DNA of 64,000 nucleotides from Phoronis australis (lineage: Eukaryota > Animalia > Phoronida). A program made the translations under genes and the position numbers. The notes beneath the pieces were generated by a model. The model was not told the DNA's origin and searched no databases. It worked only from the letters and a program-made list of their open reading frames with translations. Of this stretch, positions 49,951 to 64,000 are shown piece after piece (positions within the stretch are counted from its first letter, which is position 1; each line of letters begins with the position of its first letter). The stretch spans positions 111,555-175,554 of the forward strand of contig NMRA01000019.1 of NCBI GenBank assembly GCA_002633005.1, given 5' to 3'.

Positions 49951-50286
49951 TGAAACCGTAAATAAGGAAGTGATATGAAGTACACATTCCTTTCAAAGAA
50001 ACTGAAAGGACATGAAGTGAAACTGGCATGTTATTTGATAACAAGACAAGAAAGAGCAATACTTGTATTACCTGAAGCAGAATATATTATCTGTGCTAAA
50101 CAATGAATGTAACATGGTATCCAACACAGGAAAAAAGATGGTCCAGTGTACTGTGCGCAAAATCTATTTAAAATTGGACGAAACTGATCAACATCCTGCA
50201 TTATGTAAAGTGTTTTCTTTAAAAATCTGAAAAACTGGTATTCCAAACATTTGATTTATATTGATAATATGCGTATTGTACCCAAT

Positions 50287-50618
50287 AACCGCTTTTACAC
50301 GAGAGACAGTTGTAACGGTGTCAGTGGTCACGTCGCGACTTGCTCCACTTTAGTCACATTTACACGACATTAGATCGCAAACTGGATCAGCATGAGTCAC
50401 TTACATGAATACTGTCTGCGCATGCTTGCACAAACAATGGCAAATGTCCGAAAAACCTGGAATTCCAGTTGATCATTCGAGTACAGGCTACTGCGCAAGC
50501 GCATTAAAAAGATGATCCATTTAGGCCCTGCCCCAGTGGTGTTTAGACGTGTAGTTGACACTGGAGCTGTTTCCTGTTAGCTGTGCTGGATCAGCTGTCT
50601 CTCGTGTAAATGTGGCTA
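50287..50618. mobile_element. MITE
   Basis: TAACCGCTTTTACACGAGAGACAGTTG ... CAGCTGTCTCTCGTGTAAATGTGGCTA. Confidence 0.7.
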
Positions 50619-51127
50619 ACGACAGTCGTATTTCGTAAAACCACAATGTTCAGTACTTGCTGCACTAGGAAGGTCGAACTGAGATAATTAACCCTTGTTT
50701 TTACAATATTTACACAAGAGCTCAATTACTAGATTAGTAAGCACAAGGACTTACGATGTAAAAATTTTAAAATCCGTCTTAGGGAAATTCGGTCCTATGC
50801 CACTACTTTACCATGCGCCGCGCAGAATCCTGAAAATGTGCAGCAGAACCAGTTTACTCCACTGAGTAACAAGCATCAAACTGGATCCAAAACTCCGGGA
50901 CTCCTGTATGTGACTATGGCCCATAAAACAGAAATAATGATGGAAACGACAGAACACTTATTATTTAACTCACTGACAAGGTATCAGATAACATCTTCAG
51001 CGTCTATTTATGTCTCCAACAACTTTATGAACCACATACACGCAACAGCAGACACAACACCACAGTGGCTCCCTCTTCAGGTAGATCTTTCATGCAATTT
51101 TTTAGTTAAGTATTTGTTCAACAGCTG

Positions 51128-54100
51128 TTACCCAGACAGGTCATTTCCATCGAACATATCTTGGTCGTATTTCTCAGCAACAACTCTTCGGCCACCAAAG
51201 AACCTTCCATTCAGTGACTGGCATGCCAAATTAATCTCTGCAAAGAGGATTACACTAGTGTCATTCAGGGTTAATTTAGAACACATTCTGACGATCAGGT
51301 AGCGCCTAAATGGAAATCAAACAACACTAAAATTATTGGAAAGTTACTAACCCGATTAGAGATACTTTGACTAATCAAGCCCACCACAAAAAGATGATCT
51401 GACGTACCAACAACTTATGTGAAGCAATAGGAACTGCTAACATGGGAAAGAGAATTCTCCCTGGGACCAGTCACCAGTTCTGTGTGACCAGGGGTGCACT
51501 CAATCTCTAGCGCCAGTAACCAGGGGTGCACTCAATCTCTAGCCTCGTGTGACCAGGGATGCAATAAGTCATCAGCCAGGTGACCATGAGTGTAACCAGT
51601 CACCAGTCCTGTGATCATTAGTGCATTGCGTAAAGCTAGTTTCTTACACCTTTGGCGAGATAATGCAAAATCAGGCTAGTAAATGGGACATTTTGCGAGA
51701 CAGCTCTCAACTTTATGTCAAACACGACCAAATTGGCCAATTCTGATGTGAAAGATATGTCACTCTACTTCCCTTCCATAAGCCAAGACATCTCGTGTAT
51801 TACATGTTACCAGGATTAAGGAACGCGACCGAGACACCAGTTGGTTGCGACCAGTTACAGTGGCTTTATAAAGCTACAATACTCCTGACCCACCTTGTTC
51901 ATTGTCAAAGACAACAAATATTTTGACGACTATCTCCGCGTCCTCCTCCTCTCCCTGCCGTTCCTGGTATATGATGACTCGGTTCACGTTACCAAAGCGA
52001 GCGCATTCCTCAGTGATCTCAGTTTCCAGCTCGTCGTCCAGGTCATCAGGACCCACCATGTTTCTCAGGACCATCACTTGACACTGGAACAGAGAGCACA
52101 TCGGTTTAGAGAAGCAAGCTTGCACTAACTTCAATCAACCAAATCATGTGACTGTCGCCATACACCATGGATAGACAAAAGCCACACATGGTCATGCCAG
52201 TTTTCCTCAAACCACAAAGCAAGACTAGGCTCCTCGTTCTTCGTTAGGATTCCCAATATAAGATTAGGTAACAAGATTTTACGTATGTTACACTACATTA
52301 GTCTTTTAACTTTTAACACTCTAAAAAGCCAGTCAGCCAGTCATATAGAAGTAACGATTTAACTTTTAAATAACTCTTCATTCTATGTGCAAAAAGGTCA
52401 ACTTACATAAACATCAAGATTATGAATCTCAAGGCGAAAGTAAGGTTGCCAGAAAATTGTCATACCAAGACATTTCAACAAGGTAATAACACTGATGAGA
52501 CAACCTCTTGCACGATTTCATTTTTGACTGTATCAGTTAACTGTGTTGCTTTAGAATTTCATGCAGTTAAGAACCCTTCCTGTAAGCTACTGTGTATACT
52601 GTGATTGGTCTGTACATGTTTACTTTTCTGCACTTGACAAAAATTTATTATTACCACCACCGTTGCCAACAATACTCTTCATACTTCTATGATTTTTAAA
52701 TGACAAAGTCAACAAAGCTGAAACCTTTTGACGAGTTAAATGTCTAATGTCACATGACCAAACTGATTTCTTATGTGTGACGCTGGCATTACCTCTGCCT
52801 TCCTCATTAGTTTCTGCATGACCATGTGACGAGCATTCGAACCGCTGATTTTCATGTTCTCCTGCGCTGCCAATGTTTGCGTCTGTTCGTCTTCGTGCAG
52901 TTTTTTCTGGGCCTCTGTCAGAGAATTGTACGAGCCCGGTTGGCTAGTGGGGGGAGCCTGGCTTGCACCTGATGGCATTGGAATGGACTGGGATGTCATC
53001 GGAGATGCTGGAACGGAGACAGACAATTGATGTGATTCTTGGTTACAATATCTTGGGACAACTAAGCAAGTAAATATTCTGAAGCACAAAACTGGCAGCA
53101 ATTAATCACACTTACAAATATCTGAAAGAAGAATCTCACTTAACTACTGACCCTAAAACTTGCATAAGCCGGATACCTCTAGGCCGAGATTTTTACAAGT
53201 AAGGTGAAATTTGACTTACCTGAAGGGCTGAAAGCACAAACTAGAACAACCACAGCAGAACTTTATCAGACTTAAGCCAAGAGGCAACTTGTGCAAATTT
53301 TACTGTACTTTAGAGCATTCACATTTTTGCCAAGGTAAATCTACTCCTCACTGCATGCAATTAACTCACAGTTGTAGCAAGCACAGCAGCCCTTAACTTC
53401 AGTTACAAAATAGAACCCCTTACTTGAGCCAACTAAACTTGCTCAGAAGCATACTTCCAATACATTCTAAAACCGTGTTATAAAAGTAGAACGAAAAACA
53501 AGATACCAGATGAGTAGACATTTAACTTGCTTTGAGGTCAGTTCTTTAGCTGATTTTGAGTTATGCCATACATACAAAATTTAACAAATCGAACATTTCA
53601 GCACCAGCACATCAACACATCAACACATATGACCTTAGCATATGCTCTGACACTGTTTGAACAGAGTTATGTCACACTGATGTTTAACAGACCACACATA
53701 ATTCTGCCACCTACCAGTAGACTGAAGAGGTGAACTGACCACCACGGGCTGAGCAATGCCCCCCAAGACAGGGTTGGCCATGCCTACGGGCGGAACGACA
53801 GCCCCTATGGAGAGAGGGGTGGCTAAGCCTACTGGAGGGATGACAGCCCCTAGCTGAGGAGTGACCACACCCACTGGGGGCATTGTTGCCACTGTCACCG
53901 GAGGGGGCGGAGCTGTAACAGTGCCCGGAGACTGAAACATAGAAATGTCGTGTTTAGTCAGAAGATCATACTGACATCCAGATGAACAGCAGTACCTTTC
54001 ATGACAAAAAAAGTTGACTAATGTTGAAGAAATGATTAACAGCAAAAATTGTGAATGAAAAAAAAAATTGATTGACAATAATTAAAATTACGCAGAAAAG

Positions 54101-57100
54101 GCCTAGTCTCAAATTTTACAGATGTTTTGCCAAGTGCTTTTGGGAACCATACTCATTTTCAGATTTTGTTTTAGAATCGGTGAATCTGATTATATAAGCT
54201 TCTGAGGTCGAATGCTAAAATTACCACTTGAGAATTTTTTTATGCAAGAGATAAACTACTCCAGACCCAAGTGCTGATTATAAACAAGCCAATAAAAGGC
54301 ATTTAGCCCAACCTGCGACCATTGCTAACCAACTCAAACAGACACTGCGGGCAATAGTAATAGTCACTTGGAGGGGTCCGGTATTTTAAGAACCAGATGT
54401 CTCCACCAGCCAACTAACTGGTCCACAAAATCCAGAACACCCGTAAGTAACTATTGCCATGGGCAACCGTGTTTAGCAACAAATTGCTATTGGTTACTAC
54501 ACCAATACACAGCACTTCATGATTCAATTGTTCTTCACAAAGTGACCATGACACAAAGTCCTGTGCCATACAAACAGTAGGGCAACAATAACAAGTCGGT
54601 AACTTACCGCTCCCAACTGTTGGGCTGCCTGAGGTGCAACTGCCTCCAAGGCAGTAATCTTGGCGGTGACGGCCGCTGCGGCCACGGCCGCTGCTGTTGG
54701 CATGCTGGCAGGACCAACAGGAGCTGCAGTGATGTCTGGAGGGGTGATGGCCTAGGAGAGAACATAACGATAACATGCCAATACCAAGCAGTTATGTGCC
54801 ACAAAATAAAGAATTTAATGTCTTTTCATAAATAAGGTATAAGCATGGAGTAATCAGATAAAACCACCCGGAATTCTTCCTCATATCAGCTGGGATGAAG
54901 CTGAGTTCATTGTCTGAGTAGTCGCCCTCATGACCGGAAATGAAGGATAATTAAAAAAAGTTAGCAAGGTGGCTAAGCAATTCTGTAATTAACCTATCGC
55001 CAGGATTTTGAGTGACTGCTTAACTGACCAATCAGAATGCAGCATTCTTGACACACCTTCGTTTCCAAGCCGCCATTTTACCAGACAAAAAACACACTGC
55101 CGAGTAAAACTTTTTGTTTGTCAACATTTCAAAAGAGGGTGATACGTCAATTGCAATGTTGATGCCCAAGTAGCTATTCTCAGTCATTTATACAGAATTA
55201 GCCGTTATGAAAGGGAAATGGTATTTTGTCTGGTTACCCTTGCTTGTACTGTTTATTGCAAAATATGTGGCAATAAATGAAAAATGTAGGTCATCATATC
55301 ATGAAGAGCAACTCATTACTCAATACTGTTGTCTTGGCTCAGTTTACAGCTCTTACTTAATCTTCCAAGAAAAAAGGTGGAAACCATGTTGTCATTGTAA
55401 ACAGCAGAGTGACATCAGGCAGATGGGAAACACAAAACTCTTTTCATTAAGTCAGAGAAACTGTCCACGGTCGATGTTAATCCTGTCTGTAGACACCTGC
55501 ACTTAGCAGCAAACCTGACCAGTTCAACACCTACCTTTCCTACCCGTAAGTGTTGACCACCAAGATCAAACAAATTCATAGAGGAGACGGCATCTTGGGC
55601 TGCCTGTGGGGTTGAGTACTCGATGAAGCCGTATCCCCTAGAAGTAACAGCGCCGCACAGGATTATGATGAATTGTTGTGACTAGATGACCATAAACTAA
55701 ACAAGATAACATTAACAGATCAACTATAAATGAGTAAATAAATCTTCACCGATTACACAGACTAACTGTATTACAGTGACAAGAGTTTGACTGAATTGTG
55801 AGGAAAGGGTGCGAAACATAATAAGGGTGATAAAGAAATAAATGTGTTATCACAAGGACAAACTGATGAGATAGGGCTGCAAACTGAACACTTTACTAAT
55901 ATTCACAATGACAATAATTTATAGTGGCACGAAAGACTTACTTGTGTTTGCCTGGTTTTGTGGGGTCTGCTACAAGACTGCAATTAAGTATTTTTCCAAA
56001 GGCTTCGAAAACACTGCAAGAGACAAAATGGAACCAATTAACACGGTGTCATCCAGTCAAGCCGGGGCTTCCTCAGTTCTGATACTAAATTGTACAAGAA
56101 GATCTTAACAATCATACAACACCCATGTTCCGATGACAGCTCATGACAGACAGAAAAGACATTGATGAAGTATCCCGTCGAACAATCACACTTTAAAGCC
56201 CGTCTTGGGAACAACTTCCACCAAGTGGTCAGCAATGCCCGCAAGTTTTTACAGAGTAACACAATTGTTAGAGAGCTCCGTAGAAACAAATATAACAGCT
56301 AACCTCTGTATGTCATTATCGCAGAGGTCTGTGTGTACCGAGGCTACGTAGATTCTGTTGTATGATTTGGCTTCCTCAGCCAGCTGTTCTATGATTGGCT
56401 GAGCCTGGGGCATGTTGCTGGGCCGCCCAACCTAACAAAATATGAAAGACAACAACAGTTACACAGTAACTACATGGGGAGGAGTGGCTATACAAAGTTT
56501 GAAGACTCACTTTTGTAGGAGTCAAATTACACCAGCACCTGTGAACAGTAAACTACACCAGGCCTCGTGACCAACAAAACTAGGACCAGGAATTTTTTTT
56601 CAACAAATCTAGGACCAGAAAACTTTACTCAAGAGTCTACTCCTAAACAGATTAGCCTCGTTGTAAGAATTTCGAAAGTTTATTTAAAGTGTGCTACGGA
56701 ATTAATTAACTCTTGAATTCAGCCATGCCTAAAGTCTGGTGGTCATAGCCCCCACTTCTGGTCAACTAAGACTTATATTTCTTGTTTAATAAAATAAACA
56801 ATACATTAATAGAAGCACGTTCTTAGTTTGTACGAGACAACCAATAGGAAGAGCACTTATGATTAAAAGTGAATAAGTACGAACAAGGCAGAAATAAAAA
56901 GTCAACCAAAATAGATAAACAACAGTGAGAATCAGGCAGTCAAGGACTATAAAGCCAGGACAAAAAACCAGGATGAGGAAGTGAGGACTTCCCTTAAAAA
57001 TTCAAAACTCAATGACAATTGCAGTCTTCGTTTTCATACAACTTCCACAATGGTTTCCCAGAAGCGGTATGATATTGAGCAGGCTTTGGTTATCCCCCTT

Positions 57101-60100
57101 GAAGTACCTTGATGTTACGTCCACCAATCATGACCCCGTTCATCTGTTCCAGCGCTAACTGGGCCGCCTCTGGCAGCTCGTACTCAATAAATGAGAAGCC
57201 TTTGTGTTTGTTGGTGACGGGGTCCCAAGACAGGCTGACACTTTTGATAGGACCGAAGCACATGAACGCTTGCTTGATGGTGTCTTCCTTTATCTCAAAA
57301 TTGATACTGCCTACATAGATCCTGGAATGCACACAATAGAAATTCATCAGAAGTAAAGCTGTACTTTAATTTGTAAAAAAAATATCGATATGCAAGTTTT
57401 GAACAAGATTCACTGATCTCAAAATTGAGTCTTCCTTGCTACACAGAGAACAAATTCGAGTTCGAAAGTTAGCTTTTCAACATTTAGGTTTCTTCATCTT
57501 GACATGTAGAATGACCATCAAAGAACATACAGCAAAAAACTCACTAAAATTGTCATTTTTTATGCACATAACCGAAATTAACCAGACGTTACTTTATGAC
57601 AACTACACAATACAAGTCAAGTTAATGATAAACTGAAGTTCTCTTATTGTTTTAATTCAGAATTTTGACGCAACAAAATTTCATCCATCTGGTGTATTTT
57701 GAGCTAAACTTGTGAAAATTTACCTTAAGGTTATGCAGAACCCAGGTCAAATTTTGTAAAGTTTGGAACATCATATCTCAGAAATGATCAGTCAAATTCC
57801 TATGAAACCTTCAGACATCACACTTTATGAACTGGTCTCAAAAATGCCGTTCATAATTTTTTTGAAGAAGTTCCACTGTTGCGTATGGGGCTATAAAAAT
57901 AGGACTTCGGTGATTTTTTCTCTCTCAACACTAAGCCAGGTGATACTGAAGTAGCATATGTTCATGTATAAGTTGCTCATAGTGTCAAAATCCATTTCAC
58001 AGCAAGCTTCTAAAAATGAACTTGTCTGCGCATAAAAACATGTACATGTATTTTTTTTTAAATATTCCACTTCTGCATGAGTAACTATCAGAAATAGGGC
58101 TTTTATAAAAAAATCAAAATGACATAAAAAGTTTTGCTATGGGTGAACATTTTCTATTTGCTAAATTTATTAAAAAAAAACATGGTCACGCGATCCAATT
58201 AATAGCAGATTGGTATAAAGTCAAAAACCAAATTCTACAGGTGGATTTCTACTTTCAGAAAACTTCTACTCTCACCGAGTCAAACACTATAGTTTGCATA
58301 TATGTGGCTCAATACATCGACAAGTCGATATGGTTGTACAAAACCTTAAGACAATGGCATTAAAGAACTCATTATGGGTAAATTGATGAGTCAGGATTTT
58401 CACCAATTCACAGAACACAAAAAGTAAATTAGATAGATTCAATAGAAGATGAATGACTTGAAACAAAGTAACCACCTGCACATCAAGGCAAGAGCTTGCT
58501 GCTTCTGTACTGTAGTTTGAAAGTTCAACATTTGCTGTAACAACAAAGTATCTTGATTACAATTACGCAACAATGGAGCCACGTGATGAAATTGAAAATA
58601 CCATACTTCTCCAGGCTAATGCTCTGGCTCAGCTTAACACCAACCCTCAACACTTCCAAATTTCCATAAAGTGGCTATGCTTAACTCGTTACCCACTCCC
58701 AATTTATACAACAAACACTTCCTAATAAAACCCAGTGACTCTGAGAATGCCCGCCACATCAGAATTTTATTTCCCAAAAAGCGCACAACTCATTTAACGA
58801 TCAGGTCGTTTTTCGTGGAATCCATTTTGCCTTGTTCGGGCAGGAAGATACCCTTACCCTCTTGCTCTTTACAGAAGGAGACACGAAAGGGTTCTTTTGG
58901 CTCATGCTCACTTTGAGTGACACAACTTATCTCATCTCATTTCTCTGCACTCTCGTGCAAGACAGTGAAAGCATACAAGTGCAAGGTTTACATCTAAAAG
59001 TTTAAAAATACACTGCGCAACTAGCTCTTTACAAAACTACTGTCACTCCAATCTAGACGGTTTGACTACAATCTGCTGATGTTTTGTTAGACTCTTGCAT
59101 GTGAAGTCTGACATCCGTTCAGGTGAGCACCAATCCCCAACTTCTCAAAAATTTTGTTTGTAAGAGCCCATACTTGGCTTAATGCACAAGAAGTTGTTTG
59201 ATTTTCCCAATTTAAATGCCGAAACCACAGAACTAAGACCTGAATTAGTATACACAACATTATAACCGGGAACAAAATTGGAATTTACAAGTTAGTAAGG
59301 TGGAACATTACTCTGCCAATAGACGTCAGGTGGTGATAATGCATTGTCAACCACTTTAACTGCAAAGGGTATTATCATCATGACAGAGAAACACTGTTGT
59401 ATCCGATTTCTTTTGGCGTACGTTGCAATTCAATAAGCACCCACCCACCACGACCTTTGACCCTTACCTGTTGCTGGTGTGCTATGGTCTGCTTGACCAA
59501 TACACTCTTGATGCTCTGTTCCATAGCATACTTCTTTGCCTTGGCCACTGCATCCTGCTGTGAATGGGACAGCTTCATCAAGCGAAAGGGCTGCAGCTCA
59601 CGCTTGGCCCCGGGCCCCGACAGTACCGAGCCAGTCTGGTCAAGTTGAACACCTACAAGAGGAAGAACTACTTTAGCCTATGCACCGACAGAGCAAGACA
59701 TGACAACTGCTATAGACTACTTCAAGCACAACCACAGACAAGTTAATTGGTCGTCTAGCGTATGAACTCAGTTGGCGTTTGTGTTCTTGGTTTTGCTCCG
59801 TAAAAATTCTACCTTTTACCGTGACCGTCTTAGAAACTGGTGGCTGGCTCCGATTGCGTTTGAATGGAGCACGCCTCGCAGCAGCGCAGAGATTAGGAAA
59901 CAATAGTTTACCCCGTTCTGTTCACGCGTGAGCGAGACATTAACCGCGGCCTGGTCGGTCACCATGGAGACTGAATGTAAAATACAGAAAAGAACAAGGA
60001 AACACATTAACAACTTGTCAGTTTCGGGCCATACAATACAAGGGTACGTAAATAACTACACACGATGCTAACAATGCATGTATTGAAGTAGAACAATTTC

Positions 60101-62286
60101 TTAGACTATCAGCTGCTAGCACAGAAGAGCGATGTGGCACGATGAAAACTGGTTTTTGATGTTTCATTCGCATAATAAAATCTCCTATGTGGATTACAAC
60201 AGTTTCTCCATGGTTATCGCATTTGCTCGTTTGCAAAGCCAACGAAAATGCAGTCTCCAAACACTATAGTCATTACAAGTAACTACGACCCTACTGAAGA
60301 GGGTTATATGTTTATAGACACATTTCTGCCAACTGCTATTCGAGTAAGCCGCGAGGAATCAAAGGACGGCAGCATTGAACTGTGGATGGGAGACGGCTCG
60401 TAACGTTGTCTCTAATTATTTCAAATGTTCTGTATCTCCTCTGAAAAACGATATCAAAGGTAGAATTCATTAGTAGCATGTCAAAGGTCGGAATACATAA
60501 CGTCAAGGAAAGCCTTGTGAAGTGCGTGGTACACAGAGAGGAATAGACAAAGCTCGAGACTTTGGATCACGTATTGAACATCTCAAACAAATAAACAGCA
60601 AGCAGTCACAAAGGATTTCCTTGATACCCTCACACTTTAGAAGACATGTCAATACTTAATTTAGTAAAGATTAGTAAAGAAGCTCCATCTAGCACAAATG
60701 ACACTTTCAATGTTCTACATTTGAATATACAGAGTGCTGAGGAGATAACTGGTGATGTTTAATATGAAAGACATCATTTCTCGAAAGATTTGTTGATCAC
60801 TAAAAGCATGCAAGGACTGACCATTGACTCACTGACTTTGAACTATAGATTCAAAGCCTACGAACATCTCGTAATTCATAATTGTTCGAACACTGAACAT
60901 AAGATGTTCGATTTGATACACACACTTTGCCAGCAGAACAAGTTTCAAGACGGACTAAGCACAGAGGGCCTTTGTACATGGGCATGTCAACATGACCACC
61001 TTTAAAAACATTTATCTCAGGCAATGTAGAAAATGTCTTCTAAAATGCGAGGGAAAAACAGAATAATGTTAGACAAGGCAAGACGAGAGAGATGGAAGGT
61101 CGCCGTCAAATTCTTCAGCCACTTGAGCCAAACATACGCAACTGCAATGGAAACCTGAAAGACTAGACAGAAGAAGAAACAACAACGTGGTGATTAACTA
61201 ATGACTGCTATCAATCTAGCAACAATACCAATTAAAAAAACTTACATAATAGCTGTAGAACAAATAAAGTCATCCAACTTACAAGACAAATGTAACGGTA
61301 ATACGATACATAATATGTAAATTGGCTTTTCTTACCAGAGCAGGTCAAAATGAAGCCACACCCCAATTAACAAAAGTTAGTCAGATGTCTGTTCTTTCAT
61401 AATGACAGTTTTCTTAATGTAATGAGAACAACTCAACACAACTACTAGGCTTTTCTACCAGCGCAATCTTGTCTCTTAACAATAGTTACTGGGTAATGTC
61501 GAATATTTTTATGCGAAGCATCAATTCAACCCGGGAGCCGTACAGAAACCATCAGAACCACGACTCTAGCACTGGCGCACTGATCTGAAGAGAGACAGAG
61601 AGAAAAGAGGATATCTGATTAAACCTCATATTGTGCTTCACAATCTGATTGTGATCGAATCACAAAGAACAGTGGCTGTTTATTAAGGAAAATGTCTCTT
61701 CCACGCACCAAAAGATCTGTGAGATAGTATAAAACAAATGACTTCTGCAATCAAATATAAGGGTTCAAATTTAGTATAGTAGTTTTGGCAATTTTGCTTC
61801 AAGACTTTGAAACAAGAAGGGAGGGATGCAACGCTCGTAATTATTACTTTCAAGTTGTGTTTAAAACTATGAAATACTTTTAACTTCTTGACTTCCCTTC
61901 AAGTATCAAAAGTTCGAAGCAAAATATGTTCACGAGTTTACATTTAAAGTTCTACTGAAGTTTCACTTTCTTAACAAACAGCCCGGTTAAGCAACTTTTA
62001 TGCGTATTTGAGACTTTCTGAAACATTAATATTGACAAAACAGAAGATTCTCGGCATAAATCAGACTGTACTCAAACCAGGCAAACCTCCCAAAAACAAA
62101 TGAAACCCAGCAAACTTTCAATAAGTTTCACAGACACAACAAAAGTGATTTTGAGTACCAGTCCAATTTTTCCACAAATCTTCCGTTTTCCGCACTAGTC
62201 TTGCCTCATGTTACTTTACCTGTTTTCGATGGATCTGCTACCGCTCCGTTGAACATGGACTGAGGGACTCCTCCAACACCAGGAAT
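51128..62286 (-). CDS. PUF60: Poly(U)-binding splicing factor PUF60 / half pint ortholog (RRM1, RRM2, UHM); first coding exon not located
   Basis: Phase-compatible exons in transcription order: 62286-62220, 59652-59468 ([26 protein letters not shown]), 58534-58476 (QQALALMCR), 57321-57108 ([19 protein letters not shown]...[10 protein letters not shown]), 56431-56304 ([14 protein letters not shown]), 56013-55942, 55637-55535 (GYGFIEY...[15 protein letters not shown]), 54751-54608 ([15 protein letters not shown]), 53931-53715, 53007-52793 ([21 protein letters not shown]), 52083-51894 ([25 protein letters not shown]), 51237-51128 ([28 protein letters not shown]). Confidence 0.96.
51464..51615. 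repeat. Short degenerate tandem repeat (~32-bp unit) in the last PUF60 intron
   Basis: ACCAGGGGTGCACTCAATCTCTAGC occurs twice exactly, plus degenerate copies and ACCAGTCACCAGT flanks. Confidence 0.7.
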
Positions 62287-63937
62287 CTGCAAGTTGAAAT
62301 GGAGACAGATGAATGGTTGTTGAGTATCAAAGAGCCTTCAGGGATAAAGAAAGGTGGAAGCATACGGAATACGTACAAGTACAAGGTCATTTGCAACGAT
62401 GTTGACAACTTGAAGAACAAAACAGTGCAAATCAGATACACTGAAATAAATACCTGCAAAACGAAACAGATCAAGTTCTACACAAAGGGGAAATTTAGTG
62501 TTCGTAGATATTTGGCTGAACGTACGGACTTGTAAATTAAGTCCTACATAGCCATAAAGGGGTGTGACATGCAGAGAATTTGAATTTTTAGAAAAAAATG
62601 TTAACTATAACATTCTGTGAATTGTAAAAAGCTTCAATTTTTGTTAAACTAATTTTTTCCATGATATCTTCCAAAAATTTTTGTCAGAAAACTCGATGTA
62701 AATTGTGCAAGTGTGACAGATGTGCGTGACTGACATACACTCTGAATTTCTAGTGTTAGATCATTTGTTGTGGCTAAGATATCAGTTCAAAATAATTCAA
62801 ACTTCAGTATTTAATCTCATAATTACTATTAGATTAAGTATATTGGTCTTTTGCAACTGATTAAAAATTGAATAACCACAATGGAACATACATCCATAAT
62901 AGTATGTCTGGTCCCAATTACTGGCTGGCACTTATGATACACAAACCTAATGTCAGAACCATGTCCTGTTTCCAAAAGTGTTTTCAACTACATTTCTTAT
63001 CATGTTATCTTCTGCATTGTTCAAACTACTAGGTGTGGTAATGTTAACTTTTCAACATATTTAATTAATCATGTAATTTTAATAATTTTTTTGCTAATTA
63101 GGATTCTCACTAACCGCTTGTCCACGACCAGGGTGATTTTTGGGCACCAAATTTTTTATTTGATGTAGGCATACTAACACCAAATGCATGAATTTGTAGC
63201 TTTGACTGTCCTGAACAGTTTTTGAACACTTGTTCTGAGCATCCCAACCCAATATTGTGTGGATAACCAACTATTTAGGAGATAATAAAAAAGTATGGGC
63301 ATCTACGGACACTACAAAACAACAGATTTTTTGATTTCAAACAAGACAATACACTTTAATAAAGTCTAGGTATTTATTTCATTTTAATTGCAACATAAAT
63401 ACATACACAAACTTTATACCATGGTTAAACATTGTTGCCATGGAGTGTCCTCGTGTAAGTCTACGGACGAACACTACAAAATGTCTACGAACACTACATT
63501 CATGGATGGTAGTACCTATTGTCAACTCCAGCGATGTAGTTATCATTGATTGACTGTGTGAATAAATTGTGTCCAGAAGCATATCCGTAAGATAAAACAT
63601 TGAGTAACAGCAACTGGTAGTTAACATCTTTAGAGAGATCTACGGACGCTAAATGTTTGGAAGGGACATTTAAGTCGATATTTCATGATTAAAGAATACA
63701 CATTTTAGAGTTAACGCTCACAGTGTAGTTCAATTATTCCATCTTTATATGTGAGTTACTATCAAACAGCAAACTTAGGGTTCCACGTAATATTTTATTG
63801 TGCTATGAACTAAAACAATGACAAATTGTAAAATACATAACAAAAAATAGTGTTGATTCAACGTGCAATACCTTTGGTTCCAGCTTCCAGGCATCAGATT
63901 ACGATTCAGTTTTGTGCAATGAAAGCTATAGATCATT

Positions 63938-64000
63938 ATACCACAATATTAGCGTCAAATGGCAGATACAACCGTGTAATAACCCATAAAGTTATCTCAC
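63938..64000. repeat. Start of a second TATACCACA-type element (cut by window edge)
   Basis: Near-identical to 35737-35800. Confidence 0.75.

Noticed and set aside
60500-61400. Possible LINE endonuclease remnant ([10 protein letters not shown]) in a PUF60 intron
   Set aside because: Only one short motif is visible, and the region is too degraded to support a call.

Overview
This is AT-rich, intron-containing animal genomic DNA, most likely from a marine invertebrate (inferred from the transposon types and gene style). It holds three host genes in a dense background of decayed transposons. Two tandem plus-strand paralogs (about 21.9-32.4 kb and 37.1-49.0 kb) encode type I membrane proteins, which I assembled by hand from phase-compatible GT-AG exons. 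Each has a signal peptide, a SUEL/rhamnose-lectin-like domain, a CUB-like domain, a Ser/Thr-rich stalk, a transmembrane (TM) helix and a cytoplasmic tail. Paralog 1 has a ~274-aa tail with 16 tyrosines (NPxY, four ITIM-consensus motifs, YFxL/M repeats). Paralog 2 has a stop just before the first ITIM-like motif, so the pair resembles paired immune receptors. The third gene is a clear PUF60/half-pint ortholog on the minus strand (51.1 to at least 62.3 kb; start codon not located), with a candidate frameshifting poison exon. Mobile element remnants include a THAP/Kolobok-like element, Academ elements, a pogo-like element, a possible ISL2EU fragment, HERO, CR1-group and L1/Tx1 LINEs, and many MITEs, several nested. 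Family names come from motif recognition only; no database search was run.
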